Below are positions 1 through 9,988 of a DNA stretch of 64,000 bases, one piece after another. Made by a program: the position numbers and the translations under genes. How positions within the stretch are numbered: the first letter of the stretch is position 1; each line of letters starts with the position of its first letter. The DNA is taken from positions 1,312,001 through 1,376,000 of the forward strand of contig OZ241867.1 of assembly GCA_965203175.1 (NCBI GenBank). The letters are read 5' to 3'. The DNA is from Candidatus Latescibacterota bacterium. Lineage in GTDB: Bacteria > Latescibacterota > UBA2968 > UBA8231. Under the pieces are notes generated by a model. It was not told the DNA's origin. It worked only from the letters and a program-made list of their open reading frames with translations, and did not search any database.

Positions 1-1662
1 GTAGCGGGTTATGCTCTCGACCGTATCGCCGGTTCGGGTTTGCAAGATTAGATCCGCACCCGGCGGCACGTCGGCCTCCCACTCGATGGTAGCTAGGTTC
101 TGAGGGGTCCGCGCCACTTCTATGAACGGAGCCTCCCCTCCGAACTCAGACGAGATCTGCGACTCCGGCAGGAACCCTTCCCCGAAAAACTGGACCTCCG
201 ACACCCCGTGACTCCCTTGTCCGGGCTCGTACGTGGAGCGGTCGTGGAGCCTATAGGTAAAGGCAAAATGCTCGACCTTCGTGAGCGGGAACTTGAAGTC
301 GTGGAAATTCTGCCCCCGCACGATGTCGCTGAGCGACCCCACCGTCTTCCAGGCCAGTTCGCCGCCAGCATTGGTGGAGCCGTCCGAGAGCTGAATGCGA
401 TAGGCTCTGAACGGAGGTGGGTTGGGGAGGGCGTGGAGTATTCTGATATTGTCCACAAAGTAGGAGCCTCCGAGATCTATGAACATTGAGCGCTCCGCAT
501 CCCGCGGATCCGCAATCGGCAACTTGTTGGGATCGTAACTCCCGTTGGCAGACCAGAACACGACCTCGCCGAAGAGGTCTCCATCTACCACGGCCGCCCC
601 CTTGTTGATATTCTCCCGGGCGGTCACCTTGCCGCCCCGCTCCAGTACGCCTGTGCCGATGTTGTCGCCGATGGTCCAGACCTCGATCTCGGCCAGCCTG
701 GGTATTTCGCGGCGGTAGTAAACTACCGGCCCCTGCCTCTCCGTGCCTGCCAGAGCTTCCCAATCCTCTTTCCCATCCAGCAACCTCACCTCCCCCGATG
801 CCTCTCGTCGGAAGTAGTCTATCTCTCCCTGTTGGTCGGCCGGCAGACTATCGTATTCGGATTGGGAAACCTGCCTCGCCCTGCCGAAGTCGCTGTCCGT
901 GATCCCCACCCCGACGTATTGGATGACGTCGCCGGTGAAGTCGCCCCGGGCATCGGGCCACTTCGTCGGTAGCTGTTTGGTCAGATCGATCTCGAAAACC
1001 CGCTCGTTCTTGATCGGTTTGTCCGTGGTGAAGCGCGTCCGGAAAAGGAGCTGACCGAGCGTTTTCTGTCCCTGTGAAGTGATCACCTTGAACTGCAGAA
1101 AAGGGTCTCCCAGATCTTCACTGACAAACTTGAGGACGATCCTAGTGGCCGATACCGTCCGCCCCAGATCGATCTGCACCCACCAGTCCCGCAACAGGTC
1201 GGAGGGGTCCGGTTCCCAGAAGGTGTCCATCCTGCCATCCATGAGGTCGATGCCGCTCGAGCGATTGGATCCGGCATTCAACACACCGCCGCCGAAATCG
1301 ACGGCATTGAGGACGGCGTTGATGCCGGGAACGACGACTTCCTCGCCATCTATTTCCAGTCTCGTGTGCTTGCGGATGAAGGCAGGTTTCACTCCCTCAT
1401 TGCTGATCTGGACCGTGTTGGCAGCGGAGTGCCAGTGTTCCCAATGCGCCCTGGAATCGACGACCACTCTGCCCGAATCCAGCGAATACCCCTCCTGTCC
1501 CCAGCACAGACATACCGCCGACAGCGTCAACGCGGAACAGACGAGTGCCGTGCGGAGGGGATCTGTTAGCCGTTGAGCGCCGACCCATCCCCGCTCGCGG
1601 TGATCCCTACCTACGCCGACTCGGGTTCTTGTCGAGTTCAGCAATAGCGCCGATGAGCGCAC
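1..1662 (-). CDS. Large secreted protein (3' end outside window), paralog of 45881..49141
   Basis: Not in the ORF track because it has no stop in the window. Manual translation from GTG at 1662 (SD AAGGAG upstream) is open to base 1. Signal-like segment ...TALVCSALTLSAVCLCWG|QEG. Blocks shared with 45881..49141: AHWEHW, DTFWEPD, IDLGR, EIPRLAEIEVW, DLG..YFVDN, EVQFFGEG, LQTRT. Confidence 0.85.
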   Translation of the reverse strand, partial: MRSSALLLNSTRTRVGVGRDHRERGWVGAQRLTDPLRTALVCSALTLSAVCLCWGQEGYSLDSGRVVVDSRAHWEHWHSAANTVQISNEGVKPAFIRKHTRLEIDGEEVVVPGINAVLNAVDFGGGVLNAGSNRSSGIDLMDGRMDTFWEPDPSDLLRDWWVQIDLGRTVSATRIVLKFVSEDLGDPFLQFKVITSQGQKTLGQLLFRTRFTTDKPIKNERVFEIDLTKQLPTKWPDARGDFTGDVIQYVGVGITDSDFGRARQVSQSEYDSLPADQQGEIDYFRREASGEVRLLDGKEDWEALAGTERQGPVVYYRREIPRLAEIEVWTIGDNIGTGVLERGGKVTARENINKGAAVVDGDLFGEVVFWSANGSYDPNKLPIADPRDAERSMFIDLGGSYFVDNIRILHALPNPPPFRAYRIQLSDGSTNAGGELAWKTVGSLSDIVRGQNFHDFKFPLTKVEHFAFTYRLHDRSTYEPGQGSHGVSEVQFFGEGFLPESQISSEFGGEAPFIEVARTPQNLATIEWEADVPPGADLILQTRTGDTVESITRY

Positions 1663-1727
1663 TTCTCTCTCCTTATCTCGCTCCCGAGCTTGCGCCCCGC
1701 TCATGTCGGAAACGCCGTTGAGCACCG

Positions 1728-1765
1728 AAAAAAGGGGGGCGAGGATCAACGATCTCGCCCCCCTT
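1728..1765 (-). terminator. Intrinsic terminator after 1806..2714
   Basis: Minus strand has a GC-rich stem GGGGGGCGAG..GATC-loop-GATC..CTCGCCCCCC followed by a T-run. Confidence 0.75.
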
Positions 1766-1805
1766 CAACAACAGCCGTCCTGGGTCCTTACAGCCGACCT
1801 TCCCC

Positions 1806-2714
1806 CTATTTGGAGAAACTCGCCTTAATGCGGCCCCAGGTGTCGTCCTCGACCGCTGTGGCGTCGGACACCCAGTTGTTTGCGTCAAAACCAAGTAGCA
1901 CGTAGTCTACCAGGGAATCGGCGTGGAAGTACATGTTGATGTCGCCAGTGGAAACCCAGTAGCCGTTGTACGAATCGCCTGGGCCATTGTCATCGTCCTG
2001 AATGGCCATGCCGATGCCCATGACCTGGCCTTCCTCCAGGTTATGGGTAATCAGGTCGGGATCGTCGGGACCGGTCGAACTGGCGGGCAGGTCGTCGAAG
2101 GTGGTGAACCAACTCTCCTGAAAGAGAGTGGCGGGTCCACCGGCCTCGCCCTCGACGTTCCATCTGATGCCGGCGTAAGGCTCTACAGAGGCCCATACTC
2201 CGCCGCCCCATAACCACAGGTTGTTGTCCGGGTTATTGAGCGACTGCTGCCAGTCCTGCGCGGTGGCCCCGGCCCATCGCTCCGGATCCAGGCCTTCAAT
2301 GTCTCCTTGGAACTGCCCGCCGCTGTGGTCGGCATCGATCACGAGCTCGAGTTTGTCGTTGGTGGCGTCGAGGGTGCCGTACCAGAGGTCGTCGAACCTT
2401 TCCTCCATGACGTACACAAAGTTGGTCTCTGGGCTCCAGCCGACGATGATGCGCTCGGCAAGATTGCCTGGATCCGGGTCACCCTGGGTGCCCGTGACGA
2501 CCTCGATTAGGTCATCTTGGGTTACCCAGAAGACAGACGGTACGTTGTCCCAATCGCCGAGATCACCGTCTACCACGACGTCCCTGATTCCATCGACGTC
2601 GATGGGCACCTGTACCGCCGCCCAGTTCCGGTCTGTCCGCTGGTGGGCCGAACTCGGAGTGAAGGAAGCGAGAACGAGGCCCAAAACGGTAGCTATAACA
2701 ATAATCCTCTTCAC
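1806..2714 (-). CDS. Secreted protein with CBM9/DOMON-like sugar-binding domain and WGxIK C-terminal tail
   Basis: Signal peptide MKRIIVIATVLGLVLASFTPSSA, VDGDLGDW and DKLELVIDAD motifs typical of CBM9-like folds, ends ATAVEDDTWGRIKASFSK. Confidence 0.7.
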   Translation of the reverse strand: MKRIIVIATVLGLVLASFTPSSAHQRTDRNWAAVQVPIDVDGIRDVVVDGDLGDWDNVPSVFWVTQDDLIEVVTGTQGDPDPGNLAERIIVGWSPETNFVYVMEERFDDLWYGTLDATNDKLELVIDADHSGGQFQGDIEGLDPERWAGATAQDWQQSLNNPDNNLWLWGGGVWASVEPYAGIRWNVEGEAGGPATLFQESWFTTFDDLPASSTGPDDPDLITHNLEEGQVMGIGMAIQDDDNGPGDSYNGYWVSTGDINMYFHADSLVDYVLLGFDANNWVSDATAVEDDTWGRIKASFSK

Positions 2715-3266
2715 TGTTGCTTCTCCTTTTGTCTATAGAATGATGACTACTACTACATTTGCGTTGATTCTGAAATGCGGGCTTTCCCTCAACACCTCCT
2801 TTCAGCGCACCATTCGCTCAGCGAGCGAGAGCAAACGGGAACTGGTGATTTTGCGCAAACCCGGTTCTAACTGAAAAGCGATTTGACTTTAATATGGGAA
2901 ATTATGCCCGGAAATCCAAGGAAAACTTCCAGCATGTTGATGCCCCAACTTCGAGACCGACCTGACGGGTGATGTCCTTAAAGCGTCCCCGCCCCTCGTT
3001 GCCGTAGAGCGCGTTGCTACGAGGCATTATAAGCACTAGCGAGGGTATTCATTTAACCGGACCTATGGTATCTTATGTAGGAGCGCAGAACATGAGACGG
3101 CGAATGCTCCATCTGGCATTGCTGGCGTGGGCTTCGTCGAGGGTGTGGTGGTCAAGGGGCACACTATCAGGGACATCACGGTCGATCTATCCGGCGACAC
3201 GGCGGTGGAGGACGAAGCCCAGTCGCTGCTGCCTCCTCACTTGGGTAGTTCTTTCTTAAGGCGTAG

Positions 3267-4700
3267 ATGATGCAAACACAAACGGGGCGAGTCGTTAAGT
3301 GGTCTAGAAAAACCACCATATTCATTGAAATCCTTTTGGTTCTTATCCCCTTTCTGCTGTTTATAGGACTAGAGATCTATTTGCGGCATAATAATTACGG
3401 CCTTGATGACAGGCTATTTATCCCTCAAAGCTCTTCTCTTACTTACCAACTTAATCAGGAGTTGTACCGAAAATATTATTCAATTAACAATCCAATGCTT
3501 AAACAGCTAATTCCCAAGATAAGCATGAAACAGCAGAAATCCGAAAAGGATTTTCGCATCGTTTGTCTTGGGGGATCAACGACAAGAGGGCCGTTTCCCA
3601 AGCTACTTCACGAATTATTAAAACGTTCCAACGCGGATAAAACGGTAGAAGTGGTTAACCTAGGAATAGATACCTTTAATAGTTATCAGGTTCTCGACTT
3701 CGCGAAAAAACTGCCTCAGTACGATCCCGACCTTTTGATCATTTACATGGGACATAACGAAATTTATGGACCACTTGGTGTTGCATCGAATGTGGCATTG
3801 GGCACGTCTCGCGAAGTAATCAATCTGATTTTGCGATTACGCGAAATTAAGGTATTCCAGCTAGCAAACAACTTTTACGCAAAATTAAGAGCACGTCCTA
3901 ATGGATTTGAAAAGGAAGGATCGCCATATAAGATGATGGTAAACAGTTCTCTTGCCCCGCATCATCCTCTACGGGAGCAAGCCATTGAGAATTTCAGGGG
4001 AAATCTCCACGAGATTATCTCTATTGCAAATCGCCATCAAGTCCCTGTGATTTTAGGGACTATCGTTTCCAATCTTCGAGATTGGCACCCCTTTGATTCA
4101 GAACCGCCGCCAGCGTCCCTCGATGTTACCCAATGGCAACAGTTATTAAAGAATGGCAAGGCTGCGTTTGAACAAAATCATCTGGAAGAGGCGGAACGCA
4201 TCTACCAAGCAGCAATTGAACTTTTCCCAGATCACGCCCAAACTCATTTTGATCTAGGTCATGTTTACCTTGCCCAAGGACATCAAGATAAAGCCAAACG
4301 ATCCTTCACAGGAGCAAGAGACTTGGATATCTTACCGATCAGAGCCCCATCAGAGGTAAACGAAACCATAAAAAGTGTTGCCAAGGAAACAGACATCATA
4401 TTAGCAGACCTTGAAATCGTATTTCAAGATTACGATCCCAAGAGTGTGATTGGCAAACCAATGATTGTTGAACACCTGCATCCTTCAAATGAAGGATATT
4501 ATTTAATCGCAAGCCACCTAGCCAACGTCATTTTTAAAGAAGGGTTTTTGACGGCGAGTAAAAGATTGGATTTTGATGATCCATCGTTAAAAAGGGAATT
4601 GGATATAGGGGCGCTAGATGAAGGGGCCCTTGTTCGACTCAGACATATGTTGAAGATATGGCCATTTAATATCAACAATGAAGGTTATCAATATCCTTGA
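3267..4700 (+). CDS. Membrane-anchored SGNH/GDSL-like hydrolase with TPR insert
   Basis: N-terminal TM helix, RIVCLGGSTT (block I), YMGHNE (block III), EHLHP (block V), TPR pair around AERIYQAAIELFPDHAQTHFDLGHVY. Visibly more AT-rich than its neighbours. Confidence 0.75.
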   Translation: MMQTQTGRVVKWSRKTTIFIEILLVLIPFLLFIGLEIYLRHNNYGLDDRLFIPQSSSLTYQLNQELYRKYYSINNPMLKQLIPKISMKQQKSEKDFRIVCLGGSTTRGPFPKLLHELLKRSNADKTVEVVNLGIDTFNSYQVLDFAKKLPQYDPDLLIIYMGHNEIYGPLGVASNVALGTSREVINLILRLREIKVFQLANNFYAKLRARPNGFEKEGSPYKMMVNSSLAPHHPLREQAIENFRGNLHEIISIANRHQVPVILGTIVSNLRDWHPFDSEPPPASLDVTQWQQLLKNGKAAFEQNHLEEAERIYQAAIELFPDHAQTHFDLGHVYLAQGHQDKAKRSFTGARDLDILPIRAPSEVNETIKSVAKETDIILADLEIVFQDYDPKSVIGKPMIVEHLHPSNEGYYLIASHLANVIFKEGFLTASKRLDFDDPSLKRELDIGALDEGALVRLRHMLKIWPFNINNEGYQYP

Positions 4701-4736
4701 AGTTAAAAGAAAATTTCCGCTAGGATATGTCTGCGC

Positions 4737-6116
4737 TCATTCCTGCCCGTTGCAGACGCGAAAAGAATACAGGTTCGTAGCCTCGAGTTCGAAACGCAGT
4801 TGCACGACTCGCCCCGTGAGTTCGCTCAGGTCGCTGCGCCCACCCCAGTCCATGAGGGCTCCCGTCTCGTCGCCGCAGAACGGGGTGCACTGCACAGCGG
4901 CAAACCCGGGAATGGGTCGCCCCTGTTCATCTTCGATCTGCACCCTGACCCCGCCGCTGCTGTCTGTTGAAGGGTCAGGACTCGGGCCACTGGTGGCCGC
5001 GTTCAGCCGCAGTTGGCTCCCGTTCCAGGTAAAGGGACGGGTAAGGACATATCCCGGACTTGTGGCATCGAGAGAGCAGAAGCCATCTAGGCGAATGGTG
5101 GCTAGGCCGATGCGCCCGTCGTGGTCGGCGGCCGGGGCATTGTGCGGCACGGTAAAGCCGGAGTAGAACAACCACAGCCGTCCGTTTCTCTCCACCGGTG
5201 CCGAAACGGGATAGATCTGCGCGTGATCGAAGGCACCGCCCCGGTACTCGTTGGTCGGTACCAGATGCATGAACAGCTTGCGGTCGGCCGTGCGGTCCCA
5301 GTGCAGGCCGTCGCGACTGGAGACCAGTTGCATATCCAGCGTCTGGGGGTATGTGTGGTACACCCACAGAACGCCCAGGTACTGGCCTGCATGGGGAAAG
5401 GCGGACAGCCCGTAGAACTGGGTGTCGGGAGGGTCAAAGGCGTCGGGTGCCAGCACGCGGCGGGTCCCGCTCCAGTGCAGGAAATCCTCGCTCACCATGC
5501 GCGAGACCATGCGGATCGGCCGGGCCGGCGTCCTCGCCTTGTGATACAGCCAGTACTCACCCGACGCCGGATCGCGCATGACGCTGAAGGTATCGCCCGT
5601 CGCCCGGCGGGGCACGACCGGGCTGTCTTCCCACGGCCGCCAGCGGACGCCGTCTGCGGAAAAAGCCGCGTGGATTCCGTCGCCCGTCGGCGTCCAGTAG
5701 AGCAGTTTGTAGCGCCTTTCGGCATCCCTTTCCGCCGAGTCCTTCAGGACGCAGTGGGTCCACTCCACGTCGCGGAGAAGGATGTTGTTGGCCGTCGATC
5801 CATCGAACTCCTCCAGCCCGAGTTCCGGCTTGTCCCAGTTGGCGCCGTCCGACGACGTGGCGTAGCAGAGGTTCTTCCCGGCATCCGGTCTGTCCCGGCT
5901 CGGCTGAGCGTTGTACCACATCTTGAAGCACCCATCCTCCTCGTCCCAGATGACCGTCCCCGGCTGCAGGACCAGATATCCCTCCCAGGGCCGGTCGGGT
6001 ATGAGCACAGGGTTGGCTTCGTGTCTGGCCGGGTGATGGACCGAGCGCCAGACGTTCTCCGTTTGCGCCAGCATTGCGTCGTCGCAGAAAATCTGCGTCC
6101 CAACGTGTTGGGGCAT
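4737..6116 (-). CDS. Five-bladed beta-propeller glycoside-hydrolase-like protein (GH32/43/130-like), uncharacterised
   Basis: NPVLIPDRPWE, YATSSDGANWDKPELG, SRDGLHW, IRLDGFCSL motifs. Paralog of the adjacent gene. Confidence 0.65.
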   Translation of the reverse strand: MPQHVGTQIFCDDAMLAQTENVWRSVHHPARHEANPVLIPDRPWEGYLVLQPGTVIWDEEDGCFKMWYNAQPSRDRPDAGKNLCYATSSDGANWDKPELGLEEFDGSTANNILLRDVEWTHCVLKDSAERDAERRYKLLYWTPTGDGIHAAFSADGVRWRPWEDSPVVPRRATGDTFSVMRDPASGEYWLYHKARTPARPIRMVSRMVSEDFLHWSGTRRVLAPDAFDPPDTQFYGLSAFPHAGQYLGVLWVYHTYPQTLDMQLVSSRDGLHWDRTADRKLFMHLVPTNEYRGGAFDHAQIYPVSAPVERNGRLWLFYSGFTVPHNAPAADHDGRIGLATIRLDGFCSLDATSPGYVLTRPFTWNGSQLRLNAATSGPSPDPSTDSSGGVRVQIEDEQGRPIPGFAAVQCTPFCGDETGALMDWGGRSDLSELTGRVVQLRFELEATNLYSFRVCNGQE

Positions 6117-6132
6117 CGGATGGCCTCCTTTC

Positions 6133-7578
6133 TCAGACGGGCAGCGGCGTGAACTGCAGGCTGTACAGGTCGGCGTCGCTGAGGGCGAAGCGCAGACGCA
6201 CCGGTTTGCCGGCCAGTCCGCGGACGTCGGCGGCGCCTTTCCAGGTGACCGTGTGCTCCAGGTAGTCGCCGTAGATTTCGTCGCAGTCGCCCAGGGCGTA
6301 CCCCTTCAGCGTCTTGCCGTCGCCGTCTTGGATCTCGACGCGCACCGAGCCGGCCGCGGATGTGGCCGCGTTCAGACTCAGGGCCCCGCCCTCGAAGGTG
6401 AAGGGCCGCGTGATCAGCTCGCCCCCCTTCAGCGGCGCATTGGCGGAGACGAAGCCGTCTAGGCGCAGCGTGAAGCGCCGCAGCCGGCAGGCGTCGCCTC
6501 GGTAGTAGCCCTCGGTGGTGAAGATCGACAGCTCCTTAGGTGCCGTCGGCAGATCGTTGGCCGTCTCCAGAATGCCCCAAGCCGTCATGTTGTTGCGGTT
6601 CTCCCAGCGCTCCGGCTGCAGTCCGGGCCGCACGAAAGCCTCGCTCCAGCGCTTGAAGTGCAGGCCGTCGCGGCTGGTCATGTACACGGCGTCCGACACG
6701 CCGCTGGCGGTGTTGCCGGGCATGCGGCGATCCGGCACGAAACGCTTGGGGAAGCCCATGTAGATGTGCGGGGCCCGATGGTAGGAGGTCACCGCGTTGG
6801 TGTAGAGATGCTCGACGGGCGCGTCGGCGAAGTCGAGCCACTGCGGCTTCGTCCAGCGGCGGAAGTCCTTCGAGGTGCAGGTCATGATGTTGCGCACCCG
6901 TTCCCCGCCGGGGTAGATGGAGTCTCGGTGGTAGTCGACGTAGCAGCCGCGCAGCGGGTCGAAAAAGGCGAGGTTCAGCGAGTCGAAGGCGCCCACGGTG
7001 ATCACCGGCTTCTCCGACAGCAGGCTCCAATGTACGCCGTCGGCCGACTTGAAGGCGTAGAGGGCCTGCTCCTCGGTGGTGCGCGCCAGTGCGCTCCCCA
7101 AGGCTTTGTATTCTTCCCCCTCCCGGCAGTCCGGGTTGCGGTCGCGGAAGGGCGCGAAGTTGTGCGCGCCGATGCCGTCCCAGACGATGTTGTTGCGCGT
7201 CGAGCCTTGGTAGTTGACCAGGCCCAGCTCCGGCCGGTACCACTCGATGCCGTCGCGGCTTTCGGCGTAGCATACGACCGGCCGGTAGTGGTTGCCTGAC
7301 GGGTCGTAGTGCGAGCCGCGATAGTAGGCGCGGAACAGCTTGCCGTCTTGGAATACCGTGTGGTAGGCGCTGGTGTTGCCCTCCCACGGCGCGTCGTGGT
7401 CGATCGCCACGTTCCGTGGCACTGGCTTCTGCAGGCGCAGCTCGACGCCGCGCAGCCGCTCGATCAGGTAGTCGTCGACTAACAGCTCGCGCCGGTTGCC
7501 CAGCTCGATGACGCCCGTCGGGGTACTGTTGGCGGTCTTTCTCTTCGTCTTCGTCTTCGATCTCTTTTTCTTGGCCAT
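6133..7578 (-). CDS. Five-bladed beta-propeller glycoside-hydrolase-like protein, uncharacterised
   Basis: YAESRDGIEWYRPELG, AFDSLN, SRDGLHF, LRLDGFVS motifs. Confidence 0.65.
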   Translation of the reverse strand: MAKKKRSKTKTKRKTANSTPTGVIELGNRRELLVDDYLIERLRGVELRLQKPVPRNVAIDHDAPWEGNTSAYHTVFQDGKLFRAYYRGSHYDPSGNHYRPVVCYAESRDGIEWYRPELGLVNYQGSTRNNIVWDGIGAHNFAPFRDRNPDCREGEEYKALGSALARTTEEQALYAFKSADGVHWSLLSEKPVITVGAFDSLNLAFFDPLRGCYVDYHRDSIYPGGERVRNIMTCTSKDFRRWTKPQWLDFADAPVEHLYTNAVTSYHRAPHIYMGFPKRFVPDRRMPGNTASGVSDAVYMTSRDGLHFKRWSEAFVRPGLQPERWENRNNMTAWGILETANDLPTAPKELSIFTTEGYYRGDACRLRRFTLRLDGFVSANAPLKGGELITRPFTFEGGALSLNAATSAAGSVRVEIQDGDGKTLKGYALGDCDEIYGDYLEHTVTWKGAADVRGLAGKPVRLRFALSDADLYSLQFTPLPV

Positions 7579-7626
7579 CTCCGGTTTCCTTTCTGTATTG
7601 CGGGCTACCCTGCCGACGATCGGCCT

Positions 7627-9663
7627 TCAGATCTGGGTCAGGAAGCTGCCCGTGGTGCCCGTGGCGTAGTCGATCACTAGGAATACCCCGGCCCCGACGA
7701 TTTCGCCCAGGATTAGACCCAAGAAAAAGGGCCGCAAGTTGCGGTAGAGGCGCACGCCGCCGTAGCGCAGGATCACCAGCTTCAGGAACCAGGCCAGCAG
7801 GGCGCTGCAGAAGATGTGACCCGTCTTCCAATTGGCGGCGATCGTGAACCCGAGCGGGTTGAGGGGCCACCACAGGAAGTGGTGGCGCGCCCACATGAGC
7901 GCCGCCATCACGCCTGCCCCGATGCCCATGAACTGATAGGCGTCCCAGCGCGGGCCTTCGGGTTCGGCGGCGATACGCGGGGCCATGTCCATGGGTCCGA
8001 AGTGGGTGGACTGCCAGGAGAAGAACAAGGGGTTGAGGTTGATGCCGCCGTACTCGTACGCCATGACTAGGGTGACGTAAGAGGAGCCCGCTAGGCTGAC
8101 TAGGATGGCCAGGACAATGGCCCAAAACAGCCGGCGCTTCTGGCCGCGGATCATTTCGCTCATCTTCAGCCCGTTGGCGACTGAGGCCATCACGAAGGAG
8201 CGGACCTCGGCGTGCCAGCCGTAGGAGAAGCCGAGCGCCACCAAGCCCTGGGTGCCGATGGAGGAGGTGCCGACCGCGGAGATCACGAAGGTCGAGGTCA
8301 TCAGGGGCGGACGCATGGCCGGGATGCCGCCCTCGGCGACCACCCGCGTCAGCGCCATGAACAGGATCATGGCGCCGAAGACGAACAGCACTGCCACCGG
8401 GAAGGGCAGGCCGATCGTCGACAGCCAGATGGCGACGGTCAGCAGGCCGGCAAGCAGCCCGAAAAACGCCTGCCGATAGGAGAGGATCTCGCCGCTGTCA
8501 TCGATTTCCCGCAGCCCGCCGACGGCCTTTGCCACCACATCGCGCAGGTGCCGACGCGCCACCCACAGCCCGACGACGACGAAGGCGATCATCGCCCCGA
8601 GACCCTGGTGGGCTAGGAAGGGATCTTCGGAGTAGAAGTCGATCCGCTGCGTACTCTGCACGCCGATCGTGTTGAAGATGCCCCGCTGCAGCCTGACGAG
8701 GACGTAGAAGACCCAGATCGAGGCCGAGATGTCGAGGTTGACGAAATAGAAGAACCCGGTCCAGGGCGGGCTGAACCAGAAGCTGAGCCAGGTGTTGCCG
8801 AACAGGGGCACGCCCACGGCGCGCTCGAAGCGGGGAAACTCCGGAAAGTAGGAGTGTAAGCCGTTGACGCTCAACAACAAAAAGGAGACGGCGAAGCCTA
8901 GCCACATGGTCTTGTTGGTGAAGAACGAGCGGCCTACAGCGCCGCCGCCCTCCCGCCGCATCATCTCCATCGGCACTTGCACCAGCGCGTAGCTGAGCTT
9001 CTCGTTGTCGACCCACTGCTTGCGTAGAATGACCATCGCGCAGATCATGGCAAAGGCGAGGGCGAGAAAGAAGCCGAACCACAGGCTCAGGGGCACGACC
9101 CAGGCACCCCAGGGAATCGAGGCCCCCTCGGGCAGCCCCTCAAAAAAATAGCGGGCCACGTTCTCGCCGCGCGGGATCATCCACTGGGGGATGTATTGAT
9201 TGTAGAGGGAATCCCAGTTGTTCTCGGGCGTGGCGTAGTAGGTCGACCCGAGGAGGCAGGGGATCATGAACTGAGTGAAGCCCATGCCGGGGATGCAGCA
9301 GGCCACCACCAGCATGATGTAGATGGTGATCAGTTCCGCCCGGGTCAGCGCCAGCCATCGGTGGAGGAGGCCGACTGCGGCACTGGCCAAGACGAGGAAG
9401 AAAAATAAAAAGAGGGCGGCCGGGGTGCTGAAGTTGAGGGTTAGGTAGGAGCCTCGGATCTCATTCGTCGCGTAGGTGTCGCAGATGTTGAGCACCAGAG
9501 CCAGCACTGCCCCGATGAGGATGCCCCGCAGCGGGATCCTCTGCAGATCCCGCGCCTGCTGTCGGTCCCCCTGCGGAGGTGCCGTCATCGGGGGCGTGGC
9601 TGGTGGTGCGTCGCGAGGCGGCGGTCGCAACTGTCGCGAGGCGGCAGCGGTCGCAACGGCCAA
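7627..9663 (-). CDS. DUF6785/DUF6784-like polytopic membrane protein (putative transporter)
   Basis: Many TM segments, with RKQWVDNEKLSY, RVVAEGG, WWPLNPLG and RYGGVRLYRNLRPFFLGLILGE motifs. Start could be the later ATG (MTAPPQ). Confidence 0.7.
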   Translation of the reverse strand: MAVATAAASRQLRPPPRDAPPATPPMTAPPQGDRQQARDLQRIPLRGILIGAVLALVLNICDTYATNEIRGSYLTLNFSTPAALFLFFFLVLASAAVGLLHRWLALTRAELITIYIMLVVACCIPGMGFTQFMIPCLLGSTYYATPENNWDSLYNQYIPQWMIPRGENVARYFFEGLPEGASIPWGAWVVPLSLWFGFFLALAFAMICAMVILRKQWVDNEKLSYALVQVPMEMMRREGGGAVGRSFFTNKTMWLGFAVSFLLLSVNGLHSYFPEFPRFERAVGVPLFGNTWLSFWFSPPWTGFFYFVNLDISASIWVFYVLVRLQRGIFNTIGVQSTQRIDFYSEDPFLAHQGLGAMIAFVVVGLWVARRHLRDVVAKAVGGLREIDDSGEILSYRQAFFGLLAGLLTVAIWLSTIGLPFPVAVLFVFGAMILFMALTRVVAEGGIPAMRPPLMTSTFVISAVGTSSIGTQGLVALGFSYGWHAEVRSFVMASVANGLKMSEMIRGQKRRLFWAIVLAILVSLAGSSYVTLVMAYEYGGINLNPLFFSWQSTHFGPMDMAPRIAAEPEGPRWDAYQFMGIGAGVMAALMWARHHFLWWPLNPLGFTIAANWKTGHIFCSALLAWFLKLVILRYGGVRLYRNLRPFFLGLILGEIVGAGVFLVIDYATGTTGSFLTQI

Positions 9664-9988
9664 GCGCTCACATCCGGGCCCGTCACCGCAGCGGTGACAA
9701 CCCCGAGGAGCGGGCCGTTTTTCTCATGGTTTTGCCCGTGTATAGGCATAACTCGTATCAAGCGCTTAATTTCTTACTTTGATTTCTTCATCTGATTTTT
9801 TGTCCTAAATTTAGGCCCGAAAAGCCTAACTTGGCAAGCATCCTCCTCTGGTATGGGACAATGTGGTCCTCTATGGAGAATATGTCATCAACCCCAAGAT
9901 GATCCGCAACCGCCCCGCTTTGGTCGGTACCCAGATACCAGCGTTCACGGATACTAGCGTTCACTCATAACTAGTAGGGCGTGCTCTG

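Noticed and set aside
2733-2795. Small minus-strand ORF ending VVVVIIL, like a branched-chain amino acid attenuator leader
   Set aside because: SD-to-start spacing is too short, no terminator lies between it and the downstream gene, and the downstream gene is unrelated to amino acid synthesis.
9934-9964. Direct repeat GATAC(C/T)AGCGTTCAC x2 upstream of 9989
   Set aside because: Only two copies and no second occurrence seen, so it cannot be distinguished from a chance local duplication.
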